Under the pieces are notes generated by a model that had not been told where the DNA came from, ran no database searches, and worked only from the letters and a program-made list of their open reading frames with translations. A stretch of DNA of 19,516 nt, taken from the NCBI GenBank assembly GCA_041497675.1, contig JBGQGY010000069.1:1-19516 (forward strand), read 5' to 3'. Positions within the stretch are counted from its first letter, which is position 1. Every line of letters starts with the position of its first letter. The translations under genes were made by a program, and so were the position numbers. Positions 11,333 through 19,516 of the stretch are shown here, in pieces. This DNA comes from a bacterium. Its GTDB lineage: Bacteria > Sysuimicrobiota > Sysuimicrobiia > Sysuimicrobiales > Humicultoraceae.

Positions 11333-13717
11333 CTACTCGTACGCCAGCACGTCGCGGACGGTGAGCCGCGACGCGTTCCAAGCCGGCAGGAAACTGGCGA
11401 TGGCGGCCAACACGATCACGATACCGAACCAAAGTCCCACACCGACAATCGAGAACCGGTAGGCGGGGACCGACCGCAGGAACGCCTGCCCGACCACCGC
11501 GCTCAACACATACCCGAGCGGGAACGCCAACAGCATGCCGATGAGCCAGCTCAGGAAGCCGATCAGCATCCCCTCGACCATCACGATCTGCAGCACGGAT
11601 CGGTCGGAGGCGCCGATCGCCCGCATCACACCGATCTCTCTCGTCCGCTCGATCACGTTGATGCTCATCGTCCCCATCAGACCCAGCCCGCCGACGACGG
11701 CAAGCAACACCGCCATGATCATCAAAAAGACGATGATGACATTGAACTGCGCCGTGATCTGCTTGCGGATCTCGACAATCGTCTGGTTCGAACTGATCCG
11801 CAGACCCAGACGGCGGAAGTGGGTCTCCAACGCCCGGGACACCTGTGCCGTGTAGGCGCCGTCGTGCCGGTCCGTCACCAACTGTACCCGATCGGCGCGG
11901 CCGTACGTGCGGATCACGCGCGACACGTAGGGATAGTTGGCGTAGGCGAACGGTCCGGACAGGACACCCTGCACCAGGCCGACGACGCGCCAGGTGGACT
12001 TGAGCGTGCCGATCTTCACCACAATCTCATCGCCAACGTTGATATCGGGTTCTTCCTTGGTCAGGTCGGTGTTGACGACGAGGGCGTTTTCATCCTCGGG
12101 AAGCAACCACCGGCCCTTGAGAAGCACCGGGTCGAGCATCTCGGTTGCCGCCGGCAGCGAGATGACAAAGATGCTGACGCTCTCAGTGTTGTTGGCTCTG
12201 ATCCTCCGCGCGGAACGAAATCCCCAGCTCTCGGCCTTGACCACCCCAGGGATGCGAAGGGCCTCGCGCCCGAGCTGATCGATGCGATACGATCGGCTGA
12301 ACTCGAGCTGTACGTCGTAGTTCCAGTACTTGAACAGCCGGTCGAGCGCGCCCACGAGCGAGCTCTGGACGCTGAGGATACCGACAAAGATCGCACCGGC
12401 GAGTGTCAATGTCCCGAGCGTGAGTGCCAGCCGCCCTTTGCGGCGAAACGTATTCCGCAGCGACAACAACATCGGTCGGGACACACCTTGGACCCGTTCG
12501 ACCAGCCCATCAATGCGCCCGCGCCCCGCGGTCTCGCCCAAGCCATAGTCGCCGATCGCCTTTCGCACGGTGACTCGGGTCCCGCCGAGAATCGGAAAGA
12601 GCGCGGCCACCAGCGGGACTACGAGTCCCGCGGCGACCTCCAGCGCGAAAATTCTCGGCGGAAGACTGTACCCGCCGATTTCGAAGTTCAGCAGCGACGC
12701 GGTGAACCCGGCGAAGGCGCGGGCGCCCACGACCCCAAGCGGCACCGACACGATCAACGCCAGGAGTCCGTACCCCGCGACCGTGGCCAGGTACATGCCG
12801 ACGATCTGGTCCGTCCGGGCGCCCACCGCCTTCATGATGCCCACCTGGCGAACCTGCGACGTCAACAGCGAGGAGACCGTGTTGACGACCAGCAGGCCGC
12901 TGAGCACGAGGGACAGCGCGCCCAGGACCCCGAGGATAAACGTCATCGCCTCGAGCTGACTGTCGGCCCAGTGCTTCCCCGGCTGGAACACGAGCGTGAA
13001 GAACACCTCGCGCCCGCTGTTCTCGATCTTGTTGCGGACTTCGGCGGCGACCTTCTCGACGTGGGTCTTGTCGAGCCGGTTCTCGGCGACGACAAAGTTT
13101 AACTGGTTGAAATCGCGCGTCTCCCCGAGCCACTCCAGGCTGTCCATGCTGATGTAGCCGTAGGCGACGCCGCGGAAGAACGACGCGATCTGGCTGAGGT
13201 CGTGGACCGTGCCGGCGACCCGCATGGATCGCTCCTTGCCGTCGGGCGTCTCGATGAGCAGATGGTCGCCCACCCGCGCGCCCACCATGGCGATCGACGA
13301 TCGCTCGATGAGCACCTCGCGCTGTGGGGGCGGCCAGGCGCCGGTTTTATGCGTGACCTTGTTGACGCGGATCTCCTTGTAGTCGCGTAGGGCGACGAGC
13401 AGCATCTCGCGCCACTGTCCCGGCCCGACGCTGTACCGCACGGTTACGAACCGCCGGCCGTCGGCGTCACCCACCGACCGCATGTGGCGGATCGTCTCCA
13501 CCAGGTCTTCGTCGAAGGAATCCTTCGTAAAGATCTGCGCGCTCGCCGGGCTCGTCGCGGCGTAGGCCGCCCGCAGGTCGCGGGTCATGATGACCCCCGA
13601 TCCCGCGATCATGCCGACGGCAAAGACGCCGACCGCGATCGAGAGCACCACCAGGATGGTCCGGGTCCTGTTGCCCCACAGGTCGGCGGAGACTTTGCGC
13701 CATCGTGGACTAGCCAC
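11333..13717 (-). CDS. ABC transporter permease with two MacB_PCD/FtsX repeats (type VII ABC)
   Basis: Start at GTG 13717 (GGAGG 6 nt upstream, overlapping the ATPase stop). There are two FtsX halves: [15 protein letters not shown]…[11 protein letters not shown] and [12 protein letters not shown]…[14 protein letters not shown]…PAWNASRL. About 794 aa. Confidence 0.9.
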   Translation of the reverse strand: MASPRWRKVSADLWGNRTRTILVVLSIAVGVFAVGMIAGSGVIMTRDLRAAYAATSPASAQIFTKDSFDEDLVETIRHMRSVGDADGRRFVTVRYSVGPGQWREMLLVALRDYKEIRVNKVTHKTGAWPPPQREVLIERSSIAMVGARVGDHLLIETPDGKERSMRVAGTVHDLSQIASFFRGVAYGYISMDSLEWLGETRDFNQLNFVVAENRLDKTHVEKVAAEVRNKIENSGREVFFTLVFQPGKHWADSQLEAMTFILGVLGALSLVLSGLLVVNTVSSLLTSQVRQVGIMKAVGARTDQIVGMYLATVAGYGLLALIVSVPLGVVGARAFAGFTASLLNFEIGGYSLPPRIFALEVAAGLVVPLVAALFPILGGTRVTVRKAIGDYGLGETAGRGRIDGLVERVQGVSRPMLLSLRNTFRRKGRLALTLGTLTLAGAIFVGILSVQSSLVGALDRLFKYWNYDVQLEFSRSYRIDQLGREALRIPGVVKAESWGFRSARRIRANNTESVSIFVISLPAATEMLDPVLLKGRWLLPEDENALVVNTDLTKEEPDINVGDEIVVKIGTLKSTWRVVGLVQGVLSGPFAYANYPYVSRVIRTYGRADRVQLVTDRHDGAYTAQVSRALETHFRRLGLRISSNQTIVEIRKQITAQFNVIIVFLMIMAVLLAVVGGLGLMGTMSINVIERTREIGVMRAIGASDRSVLQIVMVEGMLIGFLSWLIGMLLAFPLGYVLSAVVGQAFLRSVPAYRFSIVGVGLWFGIVIVLAAIASFLPAWNASRLTVRDVLAYE

Positions 13718-14831
13718 TCGCGTCCTCCCGGCGCTGCGCCGAGACGTTCTCGGCCTCGCGCTGCTCCGCGACCTGGCTGACGGCGTTGCGAAGCGCCTCG
13801 GATTGAGCGACCAGCGCCAGAAATGCCTGCCGGTCGAGCGCGATCGCCTCGGCGCCCGTCTCGGGCGCGGCGCAGACCGTCGCGACGGCGTTCCCACCGT
13901 GCAGCAGCTCGATCTCGCCAAAGAACTGCCCCCGGCCCATCGTGCTGACGACGAACTCGCGCCCCTCGCCCCGCTGGACGCGCACATCCACCTCACCCTT
14001 CGTGATGAGGTAGAAGTGCTCGACCGGGTCTCCCCGGCGGATGATCACCGCACCCGGCGGAAACTTCAGCGGCTCGAGGCGATGCGTGACGCCGACCAGT
14101 TGCTCTTCGGTCAGCGATGGGAAGACGCGGCCCAAGTATTCTTCGATCACCGCGCCGTCGGACAAGACGATCGTGCGCGATACCGCCCGCGCCAGGTCGT
14201 TGTCGTGCGTGACCATCAGGATGGTTTTGCCTTCTTTGACCAACCGCTCGAACAGTCGAAAGACCGACTGCGCCGTCTTCGAGTCGAGGTTGCCGGTCGG
14301 TTCGTCGGCGACGAGAATCGGCGGGTCGTTGGCCAGGGCGCGGGCGATGGCCGCCCGCTGTTGCTGACCCCCGGAGACCGATGATGGCAGCTTGTGGGCC
14401 TGGTCGGCCAGTTCGACCAGCTCCAGCAGCCGCATGGCGCGGTCGACGCGCTCGCGGGGCGCATATAGCCCTGCGAAGTCCATAGGGAGGATGACGTTTT
14501 CCAGTACCGTCAGCGTCGGCAGCAACTGGAAGAACTGAAAGATGATGCCGAGCGCGCGGCCCCGCCAGACGGCCATCTGCCCCTCGCTCAGCGTGTGGAC
14601 CGGCGTACCGGCCACGAAGACCTGGCCGGACGTCGGCCGGTCGATCCCGGTGATCATGTTAATGAGCGTCGACTTCCCGCTGCCGGACTTTCCGATGACC
14701 GCCACAAACTCGCCGGCGTCGACCTTAAGGTCGACGCCTTTGAGAGCGACAAACACGCCTGCCGCGCTTTCATAGGATTTGACGACGTTACGCAGATCGA
14801 TCAGATAGCCGTTGTGACCGGAGCCGGTCAC
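13710..14831 (-). CDS. ABC transporter ATP-binding protein (LolD/MacB-type) fused to a C-terminal cyclic-nucleotide-binding-like (CAP_ED) domain
   Basis: Walker [18 protein letters not shown], signature VSGGQQQR, Walker [13 protein letters not shown] and VTHD. These are followed by FPSLTEEQL…[27 protein letters not shown]…[10 protein letters not shown]…ATV.A…LDRQAFLAL, the cNMP-binding fold pattern. Confidence 0.9.
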   Translation of the reverse strand: MTGSGHNGYLIDLRNVVKSYESAAGVFVALKGVDLKVDAGEFVAVIGKSGSGKSTLINMITGIDRPTSGQVFVAGTPVHTLSEGQMAVWRGRALGIIFQFFQLLPTLTVLENVILPMDFAGLYAPRERVDRAMRLLELVELADQAHKLPSSVSGGQQQRAAIARALANDPPILVADEPTGNLDSKTAQSVFRLFERLVKEGKTILMVTHDNDLARAVSRTIVLSDGAVIEEYLGRVFPSLTEEQLVGVTHRLEPLKFPPGAVIIRRGDPVEHFYLITKGEVDVRVQRGEGREFVVSTMGRGQFFGEIELLHGGNAVATVCAAPETGAEAIALDRQAFLALVAQSEALRNAVSQVAEQREAENVSAQRREDASG

Positions 14832-16171
14832 GGTGCTCCTCCGACGGCGAGGATGACCTGGACGCGCGCGAGGTGATGATTGAAGCGGGCCGACGCGAGG
14901 CTGAACTCGGCCTGCGCCAGTGAGGCTTGCGCGGACGTCATTTCGAGCAACGTCCCGACGCCGGCCTGGTAGCGGACGCCGGCGATCCTGGTCGCTTCGC
15001 GGGCCTGATCGACGCCCCTGCCGGTGGCGGCCAGTTCGCCGTTGGCCTGCTCGAGCGCGAGCCAGGCCTGCAGGACGTCGAGTTCGATCCGCTGGCGGGT
15101 TTGCGCCTCGACGACCTTGAGTTGTTCCACTCTAAGTTCGGCCTCGCGGATGCGCTCGCGCGTGATGCCGCCGTCGTACAGCGACAGCGTGACCGCGAGC
15201 GTCGCCGACCAGGCGCCGACAATGCTGCCCGTCGGCCCGCTGAATTCGTACCCCGAGCTGAGCGAGAGGTTGGGACGGCCGCCGCTGGCCGCCAGCTCGA
15301 TGCTGGCGCGCGCGGCCTCGGCGCGGGCACGCACCTCGACCAGTTCCGGGCGGGTGCGGAGCGCCTGCTCGATCGCCCCCTCCATCGTGCCTGCAACCGC
15401 CCGCGGTTCGAGCGTATCGCTGAACGCCAGCGGTGTTCCCAGCGGCTGGTTCAGCAGGGCATTGAGCGACGCGTCGGAGTTGCGGACACCCACCTGCGCG
15501 CGTACCAACCCCTGTTGCGCGCCGGCGACTGAGACATCGGCCTGCAGCGCGTCGAACTCCGCCGCAACACCGGCGGCCACGCGGGCGCGAGCGACCTGGA
15601 GACTCTCGTTGGCCTGATCCAGCGTGCGCTGCGCCGCGGCGAGATTCTCACGCGCCAGCAGCGCGCTGAGATAGGCCTGCTGCGCCTGAAACACGACCTG
15701 CTGAATGGTGCGCGCGAAGACCGCCTGCGCGCCGCGCAGGTTGGCTTCGGCCAGTGCGATTTGCGACTCGATCCGTCCACCGGTGTACAGCGGGAACTGC
15801 AGCCCCACCCGCACGGCCACCTGGTTCGTATCCGAGGCCGGAAACGCGAACGTGATCGTCGGCGGCGCCGGCCCAAACGGATTGGGGATCGTGACGGTTT
15901 GGCCGGGAATCGACTGCATCTGTGTGTACGAGCCCGAGACGGCGACGGACGGCTGGCGGGCGCCACGCGCCTGCGCAAGCTGCGCCTGAGCCACCGCGAC
16001 GTCAAAGGACGCAGCGCGAACCTGGAGGTTGCTCTGCGCAACGGTCGTGGCCACCTCGGCAAACGAAATGCGCCGAGGCGCCTGCGGAGTCTGCGCGCGG
16101 ACGCCGGCCGGCCGCACGCCGGCCAGCAGCGCAACCATCACGAGCACCCCGATCCAACGGCTCATGCGCAT
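14828..16171 (-). CDS. TolC-family outer membrane efflux protein
   Basis: Signal peptide (…GVRA|Q) and two OEP repeats ([10 protein letters not shown] and TLSLYDGG), [25 protein letters not shown]. The stop overlaps the ATPase start (GTGA). The start could also be ATG 16165. Confidence 0.9.
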   Translation of the reverse strand: MRMSRWIGVLVMVALLAGVRPAGVRAQTPQAPRRISFAEVATTVAQSNLQVRAASFDVAVAQAQLAQARGARQPSVAVSGSYTQMQSIPGQTVTIPNPFGPAPPTITFAFPASDTNQVAVRVGLQFPLYTGGRIESQIALAEANLRGAQAVFARTIQQVVFQAQQAYLSALLARENLAAAQRTLDQANESLQVARARVAAGVAAEFDALQADVSVAGAQQGLVRAQVGVRNSDASLNALLNQPLGTPLAFSDTLEPRAVAGTMEGAIEQALRTRPELVEVRARAEAARASIELAASGGRPNLSLSSGYEFSGPTGSIVGAWSATLAVTLSLYDGGITRERIREAELRVEQLKVVEAQTRQRIELDVLQAWLALEQANGELAATGRGVDQAREATRIAGVRYQAGVGTLLEMTSAQASLAQAEFSLASARFNHHLARVQVILAVGGAP

Positions 16172-16198
16172 CCCCCACAGACGGCCCGTACGACCCTG

Positions 16199-16218
16199 TA
16201 TCGACCCCTAACCCTAGG
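16199..16218 (-). promoter_or_regulatory. Weak copy of the shared palindromic motif and possible internal promoter region upstream of tolC
   Basis: The minus strand reads CCTAGGGTTAGGGGTCGATA, 13/20 identical to the 7955 site. It overlaps the palindrome ACCCTAGGGT (16211-16220) and a -10-like TAGGGT. Confidence 0.3.
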
Positions 16219-16263
16219 GTGCCGTGAACGCGCTCGTCGTCGCGCCGGGCACCTGGGGCCCGG

Positions 16264-16905
16264 TCAGGTGACCAAGTGTTGCTGCAGGGCCACGGCCACG
16301 GCCTCGGTGCGGCCTGCGACGCCGAGCTTCGAGAGGATGCTGCTCACGTGGAACCGGACCGTCGAGCGGCTCACCACCAGACGCTCGGCGATCGCTGGGT
16401 TCGACAGCCCCTGCACCATCAGGACCAGCACCTCACGTTCTCGCGGCGTGAGGTCGTGACCGATGGCCTCCGGCTGGGCGGCCGCGTGGATAAGCGCCTG
16501 CGTGGCCTCCGGGGCGAGCGTGCCACGACCGGCCCGGGCGGCGCGGATGGCGTTGGCCAGATCGTTGGCCCCGACATTCTTCAACAAGTAGCCGATGGCG
16601 CCGGCCTTCAGCACGGGCTGCACGAGGTTCTCCTCAGGGAAACTGGTCAGCGCGATCACCTGCACGTGGGGATAGGACTCCTTGATCCGCTGGGTCGTGA
16701 CCGCTCCATCCATCCCGGGCATCGCCAGGTCCATCAGGACGACGTGCGGCTGGAGTTGCCCGCATAGACGGACCGCATCCTCGCCGCTGCCGGCTTCGCC
16801 GACCAGTTCCAGATCGTCGTTGACCATAAGGAACGCCGCAAGCCCGCTGCGAACGACGGCATGGTCGTCGACGATCATCACGCGGATGCGCTCCGCTGCG
16901 CTCAC
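16264..16905 (-). CDS. NarL/FixJ-family two-component response regulator (REC + LuxR HTH)
   Basis: [12 protein letters not shown], phosphoacceptor LMDLAMP, ALTSF, GYLLK and [12 protein letters not shown]…[22 protein letters not shown]. Start at GTG 16905 overlaps the kinase stop (GTGA). Confidence 0.95.
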   Translation of the reverse strand: MSAAERIRVMIVDDHAVVRSGLAAFLMVNDDLELVGEAGSGEDAVRLCGQLQPHVVLMDLAMPGMDGAVTTQRIKESYPHVQVIALTSFPEENLVQPVLKAGAIGYLLKNVGANDLANAIRAARAGRGTLAPEATQALIHAAAQPEAIGHDLTPREREVLVLMVQGLSNPAIAERLVVSRSTVRFHVSSILSKLGVAGRTEAVAVALQQHLVT

Positions 16906-18518
16906 GCCCGCTCTTCCCCCGGCGCCAGCCAGATGCACGCCACCTCGGTGCCCTGCCCGGGCCGGCTGGTGATCCGCAACACGGCGTCGATCGACTCGGC
17001 CCGCTCGCGGATGATGCGCAATCCAAAATGGTCCGCGGGGACGTTCGCGGGATCGAACCCCGCTCCGTCGTCAGCAATCCGCAACTCCACGCCCTCCACG
17101 GCCTGACGGAGCGCTATGTCAACGCGCTTAGCCTTCGCGTGTTTCATGATATTATTCAGCGCCTCCTGCGCCACTCGGTACATCGCGATGTTCACATCAG
17201 GAGGCAGCGGGCGCTGGCCCTCCACCGCCAGCGTGATGGGCAGCAGCGTGCGGCCCGAGACCGCGTCCGCGAGCTGCCGAAGCAGATCGCTCAGGGGCAC
17301 GTCGATCAGCGCCGACGGCCGCAGTTCCAGAAGCAGCGTCCGCATCTCGGCCAGCGCCCCTTTAGTCAGGCGGCGCAGCTCGTCCAACCGCCGGCGGCCT
17401 TCGTCCGGGTTGCGCTCCCACAGCCGCGGGACCACCTCGGCGATCAGGCTGGCGGAGAATAGCGTCTGCGTCACGGCATCGTGGAGTTCGCGGGCCAGAC
17501 GGCTGCGTTCGGCGGCCGCGGCCGCTTCTTCGGCCTGGGCGCGCAGACGGGCGTTCTCGATGGCGAGCGCCGCATGGTCGCTAAGCGTGACGGCTAGGGC
17601 GACCTCCTCGCCGGAAAACTGCCTCGAGCTCGGATAGTAGAGCACCAGGCCGCCGTACACTTCATCCTTCACGATCAGCGGGACGGCGAGCAAGGCATGG
17701 TAGCGCGCAAAGGTGCGCTCGAGCAGCCGGCGCTGTCTTGGGTCATCGATCAAGAGATGGTCGTCAAGAATAGTGCCGACGGCGTCGCGCACGGCAACCG
17801 GCCGGCGTTCTTGTGCGGCGCGGCCCACTGCGCCGTGACCGATCGGAATCGTGACTCCGGCGACAAACTCCGCGTCGAGCCCCCGCGCGGCTTGAATGTT
17901 GAGGGCGGTCCCATCGGCGCGCAGCCGCCAGACCGCCACGCCTTCGGCGCCAAGCAACTGGCCGGCCTGGATGACCACGAAGTCCAGGATCTCCTCGAGT
18001 GGACGATTCGAGTTGAGGATCGCGAGCACGTCGCGCAAGGCCTCGGCTACCTTGCGGCGCCGCTCGAGTTCTTGCGTGCGCTCCTCAACCCGGTGCTCCA
18101 GCGTTTGATAGGCCACGACGCGCTCGGTCACGTCGCGCATGATGCCCTCGACGGCCACGACGGTGCCACGCGCGTCCCGCACCGGGTTGACGCTGTGCTC
18201 CGTCCAGACGGTGCGGCCATCCTTGTGGGTGAACCGGACCGTCACGGGATCTGATGCCGCGTTCGAAGGTTGCTGCAGCATGGCCTCAATCAACGGCCGG
18301 TCATCCGGATGCACGATCCTCCAGACGAGCTCCGGGTCCGCGTAATGTTCCTCCGGTGAAAACCCATCGAAGCGAATCACCGACGGACTGATGTACTCGA
18401 AACCGGGCCGGGGGCCAAGACGATAGCGATAGATAACATCCCAGGCGTTTTCGGCCAGGTGCCGGAATCGCCGGATGGTACGTTCAGAGAGCCCGGGTGC
18501 CGGCGGCGGATCGGTCAA
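16902..18518 (-). CDS. Cytoplasmic sensor histidine kinase, PAS/PAC-GAF-HisKA_3-HATPase
   Basis: PAS (YISPS…VHPDDR…KDGRTVW…RDVTER), GAF ([13 protein letters not shown]…[10 protein letters not shown]), H-box [16 protein letters not shown]-box [11 protein letters not shown], and [22 protein letters not shown]. No TM helix. The likely start is TTG 18518 after GGGAG, just past the upstream gene's stop. Confidence 0.92.
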   Translation of the reverse strand: MTDPPPAPGLSERTIRRFRHLAENAWDVIYRYRLGPRPGFEYISPSVIRFDGFSPEEHYADPELVWRIVHPDDRPLIEAMLQQPSNAASDPVTVRFTHKDGRTVWTEHSVNPVRDARGTVVAVEGIMRDVTERVVAYQTLEHRVEERTQELERRRKVAEALRDVLAILNSNRPLEEILDFVVIQAGQLLGAEGVAVWRLRADGTALNIQAARGLDAEFVAGVTIPIGHGAVGRAAQERRPVAVRDAVGTILDDHLLIDDPRQRRLLERTFARYHALLAVPLIVKDEVYGGLVLYYPSSRQFSGEEVALAVTLSDHAALAIENARLRAQAEEAAAAAERSRLARELHDAVTQTLFSASLIAEVVPRLWERNPDEGRRRLDELRRLTKGALAEMRTLLLELRPSALIDVPLSDLLRQLADAVSGRTLLPITLAVEGQRPLPPDVNIAMYRVAQEALNNIMKHAKAKRVDIALRQAVEGVELRIADDGAGFDPANVPADHFGLRIIRERAESIDAVLRITSRPGQGTEVACIWLAPGEERA

Positions 18519-18529
18519 GCCGGCTCCCG

Positions 18530-18901
18530 CTACGTCCGCTTCGCGGCGACACGCCGAATCGTATAGGTGATCCACAACACGTTCCACGCTGCCAGCAGCA
18601 TGCCGGCCAACGCCAGCCGCGTGACGTCCATCACCGGCTTGACTTTCGTCTCTTGACCGGTGATCTCCAGGACGGCTATCGGTCTGATGGACACGCCCGC
18701 GCCGCCGCCCCCACCCTCGCCGGACTCCTCTTCTTCCTTCTCCTTCTCCTTGCTGCGGCCCACGCCGAACCCAAAACCGTACTGGACCTTAGCGATTGGT
18801 ATGATAGTGCGCCCGTTGACCTGAAACGGCTCACCGAAGACTGTCTTGACCGACGCCCGATCGTGCACTTGCCCAATGCGGTTCAGCATCTCTTCCAACA
18901 T
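18530..18901 (-). CDS. YtfJ/GerW-family protein with a C-terminal hydrophobic helix
   Basis: VKTVFGEP…GRTIIPIAKV.YGFGFG.G…GGGGGAGVSIRPIAVLEI matches the Spore_YtfJ pattern. GGAGGG RBS upstream. Confidence 0.85.
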   Translation of the reverse strand: MLEEMLNRIGQVHDRASVKTVFGEPFQVNGRTIIPIAKVQYGFGFGVGRSKEKEKEEEESGEGGGGGAGVSIRPIAVLEITGQETKVKPVMDVTRLALAGMLLAAWNVLWITYTIRRVAAKRT

Positions 18902-18994
18902 TGCCGATCCCTCCCCGGGTTCCGCAGAATTCCCTCTTTCATTCTCTCATCTCATCGCCCAGAAAACAGGGTAGGCCTTCTCTAATTCTTCGAG

Positions 18995-19014
18995 CATCGG
19001 GCGGAAACCCGATG
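18995..19014 (-). promoter_or_regulatory. Candidate operator palindrome CATCGGG-N6-CCCGATG upstream of the YtfJ-kinase-regulator operon
   Basis: Perfect 7-6-7 inverted repeat in the intergenic region with no U-tract in either direction. It is near-identical to the 7955 site. A possible extended -10 (TGnGAGAAT) lies at 18949-18941. Confidence 0.6.
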
Positions 19015-19069
19015 TTGCCCAAAAGGGGAACCGCCTAGAGTAACACGCGGGGTAAGGAGTCTAGCACGC

Positions 19070-19516
19070 TCACGCGAGACCAAGCAGCGGGCACAGCACC
19101 CTGAGCCCCACCCAGATCAGGATGCCACCGGTGACGTCGAGCCAGATGCCCGACGTCATCATCTCTTTCAACGGGACCAACCCCGAGCCATAGACGATCG
19201 CGTTGGGTGGCGTCGACACCGGCAGCATGAAGCCAAAGCTCGCCCCCAGCGTCGCGCCGAGCACCGGGGGGATGGGATTCATGCCGCTGCCCGCGGCGAC
19301 GGCGATGATCGTCGGGACCAGCATGCTCGCCGACGCCGTGTTCGACGACGCTTCCGAAAGCACGATGCCCAACACGATCCCCACCGCCGTCAGCGCCCAC
19401 ACGCTGTCGGCGCCCGCGGCGCGCACCACTGCTGTCCCAACGGCTTCGGCGAGTTTCGTCTCAAACATCAGTTTGCCAAGCGACAGCCCCCCGCCGAAGA
19501 GCAGGATCGTGCCCCA
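19070..19516 (-). CDS. DASS/SLC13-family divalent anion:Na+ symporter, C-terminal part; 5' end lies outside the window
   Basis: The frame is open from the window edge: WGTILLFGGGLSLG…SEASSNTASA…ASFGFMLPVSTPPNAIVYGSG. This contains the second SNT motif and the PxxTPPNA motif of DASS transporters. Confidence 0.9.
   Translation of the reverse strand, partial: WGTILLFGGGLSLGKLMFETKLAEAVGTAVVRAAGADSVWALTAVGIVLGIVLSEASSNTASASMLVPTIIAVAAGSGMNPIPPVLGATLGASFGFMLPVSTPPNAIVYGSGLVPLKEMMTSGIWLDVTGGILIWVGLRVLCPLLGLA

Noticed and set aside
10517..13102. 861-aa plus-strand ORF
   Set aside because: It lies entirely antisense to hlyD and the permease and has the Arg/His/Asp-rich composition typical of shadow frames.
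13718..13996. N-terminal extension of the permease ORF, or a possible ATPase-permease (MacB) fusion or frameshift
   Set aside because: It overlaps the cNMP-like domain in another frame. The permease has its own RBS and GTG at 13717, and the ATPase has a clean stop.
18700..18752. Low-complexity CTT/CTC/GCC runs, and CCTGCG x3 near 10833-10850
   Set aside because: These simply encode Lys/Glu/Gly-rich and Ala-Gln protein segments.
18991..19020. Intrinsic terminator for the DASS gene, or a riboswitch
   Set aside because: No U-tract on either strand and no riboswitch consensus that I recognise. The near-identical copy at 7955 favours an operator, though a terminator role is not fully excluded.
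19021..19040. Additional operator copy AAAAGGGGAACCGCCTAGAG next to the main palindrome
   Set aside because: Only about 10/20 match, too weak to claim without a PWM.

Overview
GC-rich bacterial window (roughly two-thirds GC by eye). It probably comes from a diderm, since it has a TolC-family gene and the ribose-binding protein has no lipobox. Left to right: (1) the 5' part of an amidase gene and a minus-strand ribose operon rbsK-rbsD-rbsA-rbsC-rbsB with no rbsR; (2) a plus-strand block of a SERCA-like P2A Ca2+-type ATPase, a PolX-N-terminal/HhH protein with no polymerase domain, and a site-2 protease with CBS domains; (3) a minus-strand operon of a YtfJ/GerW-family protein, a soluble PAS-GAF HisKA_3 kinase, a NarL-family regulator, TolC, a MacB/LolD-type ABC ATPase fused to a degenerate cNMP-binding domain, a double-FtsX permease and a HlyD adaptor; (4) the 3' part of a DASS/SLC13 transporter. 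The most interesting signal is a 20-bp palindrome, CATCGGGTT-nnn-G(A/C)CCGATG. It occurs upstream of the YtfJ-kinase-regulator operon (18995-19014) and upstream of the HhH/site-2-protease genes (7955-7974), 16/20 identical, with weaker copies before tolC and the P-type ATPase. This suggests blocks 2 and 3 form one local two-component regulon whose gene content partly echoes the mycobacterial DosR regulon. All protein family calls come from motif recognition, not database searches.
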